A stretch of DNA of 51,238 nucleotides from Nemertoderma westbladi (lineage: Eukaryota > Animalia > Xenacoelomorpha), in the NCBI GenBank assembly GCA_032718475.1, contig JAUCBJ010002312.1:1-51238 (forward strand), given 5' to 3'. Below, piece after piece: positions 27,801-39,800 of this stretch; the stretch's first letter is position 1; each line of letters starts with the position of its first letter. The position numbers and the translations under genes are program-made. The notes beneath the pieces were generated by a model. That model searched no databases. It saw only the letters and a program-made list of their open reading frames with translations, and was not told where the DNA came from.

Positions 27801-30800
27801 CAGTTTTTATTGGCAGTGATTTTTTATATCCTTTTATTTGACCTTTTTTGTCCGCCTTTTTTACGAATTGTGCATAATGACTTTTGTTGTCCCTTGAACG
27901 ACTTTTTATGTATGTATTTCTTCAAACTGTTAGACTGCTGGATTTCTCGGCTGTCAGACAGTTGATTTCAACATGCCTAGGCCTATGCCAAAACATTCAA
28001 AATTTGTTGATTACTGGACTGTCGGACAGTTGATTTCACTATGCCTGTGCCAAAACACGCAAAATTTGTTGATTTCTTGACTGTCAGACAATTTAATTTA
28101 CAGTAATTGTGGAAAAACATTTAAAATACCATGATTTATAGACTATGAGATAGATTTCCATATGTGCCTGTGGTAAAAGACGTTTGTGGTTGTTGTCGAT
28201 AATCGATTACCATATTATGAAGTAGCAAAACACTTATTTTATAGCCCAAAACAATTACCAATTGATGGAAAGGAGCCGGTTAGAGAGGCCGGATTTTCTA
28301 ACCAAAACAATAAACAGTCACTTTACCAAATGAAGGAAAAGAGCAGGTTACAGAGGCGGGCCTTTCTAACCAAAACAATAAACGGTCACTTTACCAAATC
28401 AGGGAAAGGAGCCGGATACAGAGGCGGGATTTTCTAACCAAAACAATAAACGATCATTTAACTAATTGATGGGAAAGGAGCGGGTTACAGAGGCAGGATT
28501 TTCTAACCAAAACAATAAACAGTCACTTTACCAAATCAAGGAAAGGAGCAGGTTACAGAGGCGGGCTTTCTAACCAAAACAATAAACAGTCACTTTACCA
28601 AATCAGGGAAAGGAGCAGGTTACAGATACGGAAATTTTTAACCAAAACAATAAACGATACCACTTTACCAATTTAGGAAAAGGAGCACATTATCGAGCGG
28701 CATTATTTTACATTATGTACAGTTGTATAAATCCTTTATTTGGACAATTTCTTTGATTTTTAGCTAAAACCGGCCCAATATTTTCGATATCAGTGTGTTT
28801 CAAATGGGGAATAAGTAGATTTTTCGAACACATTGTATGTGGACTGATCTGTTAGCTTAGAACTACATTAGGCCTATAGATTTAGAGGTACCACTACAGC
28901 TACCCATAACATTACATACACCTACACCTACCACTACAGCTACAGCTACAGCTTCCCTTAACATTACAGTAGTCATGATCCATTTTAAATGCATTATCCA
29001 GATATGTATCACTTATCTAAAATTTATTAATTATTTAAAAGGTAGCGCGGTAAGCCGGTACAGTACTAAAATTTTGAAATAAGTTTATTAATTACCATCA
29101 TTCTTTCATTTACAACTGTTTAGGCTACATATCAGAGTACCGGTATCAGTATCTATTGTACAGTAGCGGAGTAGTATAATGCTATATAATTCTTTCTAAG
29201 GCATAGGCTTTATACCTACATACATTACAGCAATACTGCAAAATACTACTCTATATACTAATAGGTGGCCTACCTGTACTGATAGCCTAAGAGAACAGCA
29301 GTAGAGAAACCGGTAGCACGGAATCTAACGGTAGATGTCTGGCGGACATAAAAAGTCAAAAAAAGGACATTATGAGTGATTTAAACGGACAAGAAAAATT
29401 ATTGCAGTTTTTATGTTAAAAAATATTGTAATCCAAAAGATTTTCTATCTATATATAAAGTAAACTTAAAAAAAATAATAAGGCATATTTAGACTGTCTT
29501 TTTAATACATTATGGTTACTTGGTGCTAATCAACACTTAATATTAATAATAACTAACTATATACTTCATTGTTCATAAAATAGCACTTAATAGCGTTACG
29601 GCACGAGAGCGAGGGAAATAAATAACACGAGGGCCGTAAAAGCTTTAAGGTGTAAATAATGAAAAATGGCGAATCTTAATTTATTTATTTGTGGGGAATT
29701 ATTTGTAACTATGCACTTAAACTTTCTAGAACAACCTTATAACAGGAAAGTTTGACATGTTAATTATAAACACTGTCGTCTCGTACCAAATTAGAGGAGT
29801 GGATAAAGCGTTGGGTTATAAAGGTAGGGGCCGTTGGTTCGATTCTTACCAATTCCATTTTTGTAAGTATTTAGAAAGTTATAGTGTGTGTATTAGAATG
29901 ACATATCATCATGTAATTATTAGAACGATGCGGTGCCATTCTGTATATCATACTCCGGGACATAGGCCCGTTTCCGCGCTGCTTTTTTGATCTATATTTC
30001 AAGTTTTTTTTAGTTAAAACAATTTCTAGAAATTCATTGCTTAAACTGAGAATATAGGAATGTTAAAACCTAAAATTATATAGAATAAAGCTAAAAAAGG
30101 CTACTAAAAAGCTTGAAAAAAGCTAAAAAAAAAAGCAGAGCGGAAACGGACCTATACTGAAAAATAATGTCGCACTGCGATATAAAGTTGGAAATAATGT
30201 CGCACTGCGATATAAAGTTGGAAATAATGTCGCACTGCGATATAAAGTTGGAAATAATGTCGCACTGCGATATAAAGTTGGAAATAATGTCGCACTGCGA
30301 TATAAAATTGGAAATAATGTCGCATTGAGATATAAGGTTGGAAATAATGTCGCATTGCGATATAAAGTTGGAAATAATGTCGCACTGCGATATAAAGTTG
30401 GAAATAATGTCGCACTGCGATATAAAGTTGGAAATAATGTCGCACTGCGATATAAAGTTGGAAATAATGTCGCACTGCGATATAAAGTTGGAAATAATGT
30501 CGCACTGCGATATAAAATTGGAAATAATGTCGCACTGCGATATAAAATTGGAAATAATGTCGCATTGAGATATAAGGTTGGAAATAATGTCGCATTGCGA
30601 TATAAAATTGGAAATAATGTCGCATTGCGATATAAAGTTGGAAATAATGTCGCATTGCGATATAAAGTTGGAAATAATGTCGCACTGCTATATAAAGTTG
30701 GAAAATATGTCGCCCTGGCGATTGGATAGTGCGAAATTAATTCCATACAATTAAATTATTAATAATAACGACCATTGTTTATGCAGATCACATTACTTAA

Positions 30801-33800
30801 TGTTAGCGGATCCAATTCGCTGCACCACCCAGCGGAAAATGGGGAAAGGTATGATTTACGAATCATAATTGGATATGCGATATTACCAATATAATATCGC
30901 ATACCGAAGACACCAGGGCAATATGGATTGCAGGCTAGAGAGAGAGATGCCAGCACATTAGCCTATCTCAGGAGGAAGCTAGCATAGGGCCAGGGAAAAT
31001 GGGTTTGGCCAGAGAATAGATCAACCAATGATGGGGCGGTTTACCATTAATTATCGTGCATTCATTGGTAGGCCAATCCTAGGTAGGAATGTGTATCCCA
31101 TGTAATATATATAACCGTTACTCTGTTAATTGTGCTTCAGTTGGCTATGTAGAGTGTAGAAGTCAAACGGTTTTCAACCGTCGCCATTACTGCTATTATT
31201 GTGCTGTATTACTGATGTTCATATATCTGGCATTACTGATAATCGGGACTCAGATATTAACTCAAGTTTATTTTATCGGCCTTTCAGCCCCAAGCCTTCA
31301 GCCATTACCACGCGGCGACGCGTATGAACCACGACACAAAATCCGGTCGGGATCCTCGCTAACTCGGATCCCGTCACACTTAATATTATTATATTATCTT
31401 GTTACATTAAACAATTTATAAAATTTAATAGGCTTAATAAATACAATGCTCACTGCAGTGAGGTAATAGTAATTAACGAACCTGTTCCTTTAATTGAAGA
31501 TGCTGCTTGTCGACTATCTTCACATTGGCATCGATAGCCTTGACAAGTTCTTTGGCTTTGTTATCGAATACTGGCCCTTCCGGGATAGCAACAGGGACTA
31601 CAACCGCCTTTTCTATTAATGTAATCAATATCATTGTAGAGTGTTCTAGTATTTGTGCCCCTTTCAGCGATCACTACTGGTAATTAGGTTGAGAGGTCGT
31701 TCTATTAGATACATGCTCATTAGGTCATTAGGTCTGGTAATTAGGTTGAGAGGTCGTTCTATTAGATACATGCTCATTAGGTCATTAGGTCTGGTAAATA
31801 GGTTGAGAGGTCGTTCTATTAGATACATGCTCATTAGGTCATTAGGTCTGGTAATTAGGTTGAGAGGTCGTTCTATTAGATACATGCTCATTAGGTCATT
31901 AGGTCTGGTAATTAGGTTGAGAGGTCGTTCTATAAGATACATGCTCATTAGGTCATTAGGTCTGGTAATTAGGTTGAGAGGTCGTCCTATTAGATACATG
32001 CTCATTAGGTCATTAGGTCTGGTAATTAGGTTGAGAGGTCGTTTTATTAGATACATGCTCATTAGGTCAATAGGTCTGGTAATTAGGTTGAGAGGTCGTT
32101 TTATTAGATACATGCTCATTAGGTCAATAGGTCTGGTAATTAGGTTGAGAGGTCGTTCTATTAGATACATGCTCATTAGGTCATTAGGTCTGGTAATTAG
32201 GTTGAGAGGTCGTTCTATTTGATACATGCTCATTAGGTCATTAGGTCTGGCAATTAGGTTGAGAGGTCGTTCTATTAGATACATGCTCATTAGGTCATTA
32301 GGTCTGGTAATTAGGATGAGAGGTCGTTCTATTAGTTACATGCTCATTAGCTCTGGCAATTAGGTTGAGAGGTCGTTCTATTAGATACATGCTCATTAGG
32401 TCATTAGGTCTGGTAATTAGGTTGAGAGGTCGTCCTATTAGATACATGCTCATTAGGTCATTAGGTCTGGCAATTAGGTTGAGAGGTCGTTCTATTAGAT
32501 ACATGCTCATTAGGTCATTAGGTCTGGTAATTAGGTTGAGAGGTCGTTCTATTAGATACATGCTCATTAGGTCATTAGGTCTGGTAATTATGTTGAGAGG
32601 TCGTTCTATTAGATACATGCTCATTAGGTCTGGTAATTAGGTTGAGAGGTCGTCCTTTTAGATACATGCTCATTAGGTCATTAGGTCTGGTAATTAGGTT
32701 GAGAGGTCGTTTTATTAGATACATGCTCATTAGGTCAATAGGTCTGGTAATTAGGTTGAGAGGTCGTTTTATTAGATACATGCTCATTAGGTCAATAGGT
32801 CTGGTAATTAGGTTGAGAGGTCGTTCTATTAGATACATGCTCATTAGGTCATTAGGTCTGGTAATTAGGTTGAGAGGTCGTTTTATTAGATACATGCTCA
32901 TTAGGTCAATAGGTCTGGTAATTAGGTTGAGAGGACGTTCTATTAGATACATGCTCATTAGGTCATTAGGTCTGGTAATTAGGTTGAGAGGTAGTTCTAT
33001 TAGATACATGCTCATTAGGTCTGGTAATTAGGTTGAGAGGTCGTTTTATTAGATACATGCTCATTAGATCATTAGGTCTGGTAATTAGGTTGAGAGGTCG
33101 TTTTATTAGATACATGCTCATTGGGTCACTAGGTCTGGTAATTAGGTTGAGAGGTCGTTCTATTAGATACATGCTCATTAGGTCATTAGGTCTGGTAATT
33201 AGGTTGAGATGTCGTTCTATTAGATACATGCTCATTAGGTCATTAGGTCTGGTAATTAGGTTGAGAGGTCGTTCTATTAGATACATGCTCATTAGGTCAT
33301 TAGGTCTGGTAATTAGGTTGAGAGGTCGTTCTATTAGATACATGCTCATTAGGTCTGGTAATTAGGTTGAGAGGTCGTTTTATTAGATACATGCTCATTA
33401 GGTCATTAGGTCTGGTAATTAGGTTGAGAGGTCGTTCTATTAGATACATGCTCATTAGGTCATTAGGTCTGGTAATTAGGTTGAGAGGTCGTTCTATTAG
33501 ATACATGCTCATTAGGTCATTAGGTCTGGTAATTAGGTTGAGAGGTCGTTTTATTAAATACATGGTCATTAGGTCATTAGGTCTGGAAAATAGGTTGAGA
33601 GGTCGTTTTATTAGATACATGATCATTAGGTCATTAGGTCTGGTAATTAGGTTGAGAGGTCGTTTTATTAGATACATGGTCAATAGGACATTAGGTCATT
33701 AGCCTTTTAGACACACATTTATACTTTCAAAGTTTCTAGTGACGTTCAAATAACCCTTGATTAGAATTTGACAATGGAATTTATTGTCCTATAATTTTGT

Positions 33801-36800
33801 TATTGATAATATGAGCTGCATCGTTTCTATTTCTCCTGAAGGGCTATATGTGGTATATTATTTTGGCGAAAACAACACAATTACAACATTAAATTAGAGC
33901 AAGTCGTTAGACTTGATTACTGTAAGAAAAAAAGCTACTGACTACTGACCTAGAGCAAAAACGGCGCTAACGATTTTCATGACATTTTGCATGAACCATG
34001 AAAATATATTTCATGGGTACTTGTGAAATCGCGGTTTAAAGTGAAACATCTCAACTTGTTTTATTTCGAAAAATAGCTCCAAAACACAGCTGGCACTCAT
34101 GAAAATTGTAAGGAAGGGCCAACTAACAAAGTACTTTCTGTGCCAAGTATTATCACTCTACTCTACAACCCAGACACTATTACAGTCTCAGCTGAATAAC
34201 TCTTCCCAATGCATCCTATGGGGAAATCGACAAGGTTATACTCACTCTGCTATGTTAATTAATTTGCAAGCTAAATGACTGTTAGTTACACAATGTGTTG
34301 GCTACTATTGATTGCACTGTGCTCTCATCTAATTATTGTTTTATTTAGAAATCTTTGTGCCAACATTAATACTGTGGAGGCTGTATGCTTATAAGGCTCA
34401 ATGTTTATTCAGCCTCATAATGATTCTCCATAAGGCTAACATTATTGTTTGAAATATAAAAATCTGTTATAATAATAATATACATCATGTCCCGTAATAT
34501 AGTGTCATTTTCTGATGACACGGACCCCCCCCCCCCCCCCCCCCAGATTTTTCTACAAATCTTTATCATATTGCTTGAGCTTTGAAACACAACTAGTTCA
34601 ACTCACCGTGGTTGACGTGACGCCATAAAGCCGGAATTTTCGATTTTGCCTTTAAATTTTTTTTAAGAGTTTTAAAAATGTGTCTTTTGCGAAATCGCAC
34701 CCTCCGTATCGTGGACATTCTTCACATTAGTCGTATTTTTTTCATATCATTAAAAGGCTTGCCTTGCAAGGATTCCAAATATGTAACAATATCTCAATTT
34801 CGTTGAGAAACAGCTGATATATAGGCGTTCAAAGATTGCTAGAATTATCGTTCGCTGGACAGCTGGAGGCCATTTATTCTATTTATTTCTATAAAATTAT
34901 AAATATTCTTCTTAAAAACTACTATATAAAATTATATATCTGAGATATGGTGTATCTAAGTTGTTTCTCAACGAAATTCAGATATTGTTACATATTTGGA
35001 ATCTTTGCAACGCAAGCTTTTTAATGATATGAAAAAAATACGACTAATGTGAAGAATGTCCACGATACGGAGGGTGCGATTTCGCAAAAGACACTTTTTT
35101 AAAACTCTTATAAAAAAAATTTAAAGGCAAAATCGAAAATTCCGGCTTCATGGTAACAACCACGGTGAGTTGAACTAGTTGTTACAGCTTTTATAATTCG
35201 TTAGATGATTACAACATAATAATTATAGTTTGAAGTTGTCTAGAAAATTTCTCGTACACACCACCGGGACTACCCTCACACTAATTTATTATCAGACAGT
35301 TATAAATAACATTTATTTACCTTTTATGTTCATTAGGGATTTCTCGCGACTTAGACTCGCTCGTCTATCGGCCGCGGCCTTCTGTTTCGTTGTTTTTGTT
35401 TCAACCGCCAAACTACTAAGTTTATTATTCGATTCTTTCAGCTGTAAAATAGGAAACAAGTTAAACGGACTGTTTGTTTATGTAAAAAGACGCCAAACTA
35501 AATTTCATTTGAAGTCTTTAAGAAGTGCCTGTAAAGGGTTTCGTCTGTCAATCATTTAATTGTATAATATTTTATTCTACATGATGGGATGGGTGTTGGG
35601 CAATACCTAGTTTAATTAATACCTGCAGAGGAGGTAGATAATAGGGAAAGTCGACCGGTGGTAGACCTGTTAGAGTTAGGTAGAAAGGGTAGGTAGACAA
35701 TTCGTACATAGACATGGGTGGTAGATATGAGGGAAAGTCGACCGGTGGTAGACCTGTTAGAGTTAGGTAGAAAGGGTAGGTAGACAATTCGTACATAGAC
35801 ATGGGTGGTAGATATGAGGGAAAGTCGACCGGTGGTAGACCTGTTAGAGTTAGGTAGAAAGGGTAGGTAGACAATTCGTACATAGACATGGGTGGTAGAT
35901 ATGAGGGAAAGTCGACCGGTGGTAGACCTGTTAGAGTTAGGTAGAAAGGGTAGGTAGACAATTCGTACATAGACATGGGTGGTAGATATGAGGGAAAGTC
36001 GACCGGTGGTAGACCTGTTAGAGTTAGTTAGAAAGGGTAGGTAGACAATTCGTACATAGACATGGGCGGTAGATATGAGGGAAAGTCGACCGGTGGTAGA
36101 CCTGTTAGACATCATACCTGTTGCTCAGCTGTAGTGTGAAGCTGGATCTCACACTTGGCTGTTGCAACAGAGAGGACCAGTCATGCCGCGGCAAGGCAGA
36201 TTTCGTTGTTCTGCTAGCACGCAGACTAAGTCTTACCTTGGCCACAATAAGGCGGTAATCACTGGAGAAGGGTCGTAGTGTAAATGCATTACAGTCTTGT
36301 ATAGAGCTCCTGTATTTCCTACGAAACAGGATATGGTCTATCTGGGACTTGTGACCACTGGGTCCACTATGAGTCCATAGCTTTCCAGTTCGCTTCTTGA
36401 ACTGGGTTCCAGCCGAAAACAATCCATTTCCAGAAATAAAATCCTGAAGATAGACGGAATTTCGGTTAACACTAATGCTATAGACCCTGGGCGATGTAGG
36501 TGATTGATGCAGACTTGCATTAAAGTCTCCCAGGAATGTTAAGAATGCATGCTGATCCACTCCATCAGTAGCTGCTTGTAGATTCTGGTAGAAATTTTCC
36601 ACCTCCTCTACAGGGGCAACACTAGTTGGAGAGTAGCACACAATCAGAACCACCTTAGGAAACTTCTTAGCCAGTCTTCCAGAACATGAGAAGTGGCAAC
36701 GGATGATGCGGTTAGAGATGTGGTCTATTTTGTCCAATGCTGCATGTACAGTTGGATTCATCAATAGACCAATTCCACCATTGCCACTATCATCTGCTGA

Positions 36801-39800
36801 AGCGAGGGCGAGTCGCCAACCGCCCCCCATGTCCTTAATCAAAACCTCATCAGTCTGTCCAGTTTGCATTCGGTGCTCTTGAACATCCACTGCACTAAGA
36901 GAAAGCTTATCTGCCAAGGCAGTCAGCTCACCTTGTCGCATTGGGGACCCGAGTGTTATGGTGTTTACTGAAGCTAGTCTAGTGACTTGCCTCAGATTCA
37001 CCAATGGCTTTGTTGGGTTGGTCGGGGTGGAACATGAGAGTAGCCTCCAACTCCAGAATCCCTCCCCCCCTCACAATCTGGCCTCCCTGGTGACCCAGGG
37101 TTTGGGCCAGAAAGGTCATCAGGAAAGGGACTCAAAGAATTGTTTGCCGCTCTCTCTCCAGTAGGGGGTGAGACAGGCAGCCGGTCAGGAGATAACTGAC
37201 GCCTGTGAGGCCGATTGTGTCCAGTCATTCCACTGGCCTCTAGTGGCTGGACCTCCGCATTACTAATGTAATCCATAGTGGGGGTTGGGGGGTGCTTTTT
37301 TGCCGAGTCAGCTCTCGGGGCAAATACCACACCCTGGTTTGCCATTCCACAGGGTGGGTGTCGCAGTGGAGTCAGATATGAGGCCCATCACCCATATCTA
37401 CTCTGGCGCACATGACCCACCATTGGCTGTGCAGCTCATCTGCTGGGTCATGCCCTGTACCCCTGCTGCCAGGTGCAGGTCGCAGTGAAGTGCACTCAGA
37501 GTGGACATGAGAACATTCTACTCCTGACCAGCCATTGGTAGATCACCATCTGCCTGGCCAGGCCATATACCCCTGCAGCAAAGTATATGGGTCTTTAATC
37601 CAGGACCAAGGGCGTCCTTATCCCAGAACGAAGGGGGTCCTAGTTACAGGACCAGATTTGCCCTAGTAAGAGGGTCTATGCAGCTACAGGTGGCACCTCC
37701 TTTATGCTGCATGGAGGATGCAAGTTTTCTTGATCAATGACCTAGAATACCTGACCTGACCTGAACAGCTGTAAACAGCTGTTATTTGCGAATATTTTCC
37801 CCTGGCGAGGGATGGATTTTCATTGAGTCAAAAGATTTAAGATTTGTTAATTCAATACTCTTACAGGTTCCATTTAATGAGGTAAGTTCCAATAAAGAAG
37901 TTATTTTATCAACGGAATTATTCCGAGGTTGTAAACTCTTTCTATATAACTGAGCAAGGAGTAGGTTTCGTAATTAAACTAAAACGGGTTGTTCATCTAA
38001 TTGACTCCAGTGAGTAGGAATTACCTCTGTCTTCAAACTGTCTCTCTCCCCCGTCAACGTGTCCTTATCTTTAATTATTTCGCGGTTTTGTCTCTCCAGT
38101 TGGGTTATCTTCTGTTCGAGTTCTGTAATCTTTCGGTTCTTATCTTTTAGAAGATTCTTACCCTTGTCCCCGGAATCGCGACCCATATTCTCCATCAGGA
38201 GTACGTCATCGAATCCTGAGAAATAGACGGAAAATAATGAACATCCTATGTTGTGTGTCTGATGGTTTAGTACTAGAGGGAAGGGGGTTTAAGTACATGT
38301 GGGTCTCAGGTACTAGAAGGTTAAGTGGTTTAGTCGGTACTTGAGACAAGATAACAGAGAGAAGGCACTAACCCCTATCAATAATTATATTATTGCGTTC
38401 AATTCAATTCAAATTCATGTTCAATTCATAAATTAAGTTCAGCAATCCTTTCTTAGTAACATTCAGAACAGCCATCGTATTCGGCAAATAAAGGTGAGAA
38501 TATTAGACTGAGTTGGTTACGATGAGAACCGGCACTAATAATGTTACAATATTGGCAGCAGCTGCTCACATACATTGTACCTTACATGTTTAAAGGGAAT
38601 GGCGGAAAAGAGATTGTTGTAAAGAGGACAACTAATATTCTCTTATGGCAAATATGGCGATTCTAACAACGCAAATTTTGTAGTAAAATAGAAAAATTGG
38701 AAGAAAAAATACCAAGTAATGACTCTCTTTGTTACATACCGATGGCCATAATAGATGTGATAGCGTCATCTGGATCATAGCTGCTTTGACGCAACGCCGC
38801 TACTATATCAATCTGATCCTTCCAATCTGGTAAGGCATCCTGTATGGTTGGGATCAAAGATCGTACGAGATCGGATTCCATCTCCCAGGCAGCGGGAACC
38901 TAGAAATAACTCAATTACTAACTCCCTAAATAAAATAAATTACTAACTCCCTACATAAAATAAATTACTAACTCCCTACATAAAATAAATTACTAACTCC
39001 CTACATAAAATAAATTTCTAACTCCCTACATAAAATAAATTACTAACTCCCTACATAAAATAAATTACTAACTCCCTACATAAAATAAATTACTAACTCC
39101 CTACATAAAATAAATTACTCCCTACATAAAATAAATTACTAACTCCCTACATAAAATAAATTACTAACTCCCTACATAAAATAAATTACTAACTCCCTAC
39201 ATAAAATAAATTACTAACTCCCTACATAAAATAAATTACTCCCTACATAAAATAAATTACTGACTCCGTACAAAACTAAGAGCTTTTTGCCTGGAAAAAT
39301 ATATACTAAATTATCTTTGCACCATTATAAAATGCATTCTGTGTTCGTAGTTTACAGTTCCCGGCGACCATGATGCGAAATTGTCATAGAACAATGACTG
39401 TAATGATGAGTGGCTTTATTTTTAGCACATTATTTTTTAATAATGTTATCAAAAGATAGATAGCCAGCTGGTGAACACCAGCCAACACCAGTGCATGGCC
39501 CTCTCCACCAGCCAACACCAATGCATGACCCTCTCCACCAGTCAACACCAATGCATGGGCCTCTCCACCAGCCAACACCAATGCATGGCCCTCTCCACCA
39601 GCCAACACCAATGCATGGGCCTCTCCACCAGCCAACACCAATGCATGGCCCTCTCCACCAGTCAACACCAGTGCATGGGCCTCTCCACCAGCCAACACCA
39701 GTGCATGGCCCTCTCCACCAGCCAACACCAATGCATGACCCTCTCCACCAGTCAACACCAATGCATGGGCCTCTCCACCAGCCAACACCAATGCATGGCC

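Noticed and set aside
29785-29860. Functional tRNA gene
   Set aside because: A/B-box-like motifs are present, but there is no acceptor or anticodon stem pairing.
30123-33702. Multiple repetitive ORFs on both strands
   Set aside because: Products of 30-bp and 57-bp units whose lengths are multiples of 3; open on both strands with no protein motifs
37110-37125. CTGATGA hammerhead ribozyme core on the minus strand
   Set aside because: No stem II followed by GAAA at the required position
38913-39275. TACTAAC branch-point consensus in each 25-bp unit
   Set aside because: It is on the plus strand, antisense to the kinesin intron, and no plus-strand intron is evident.
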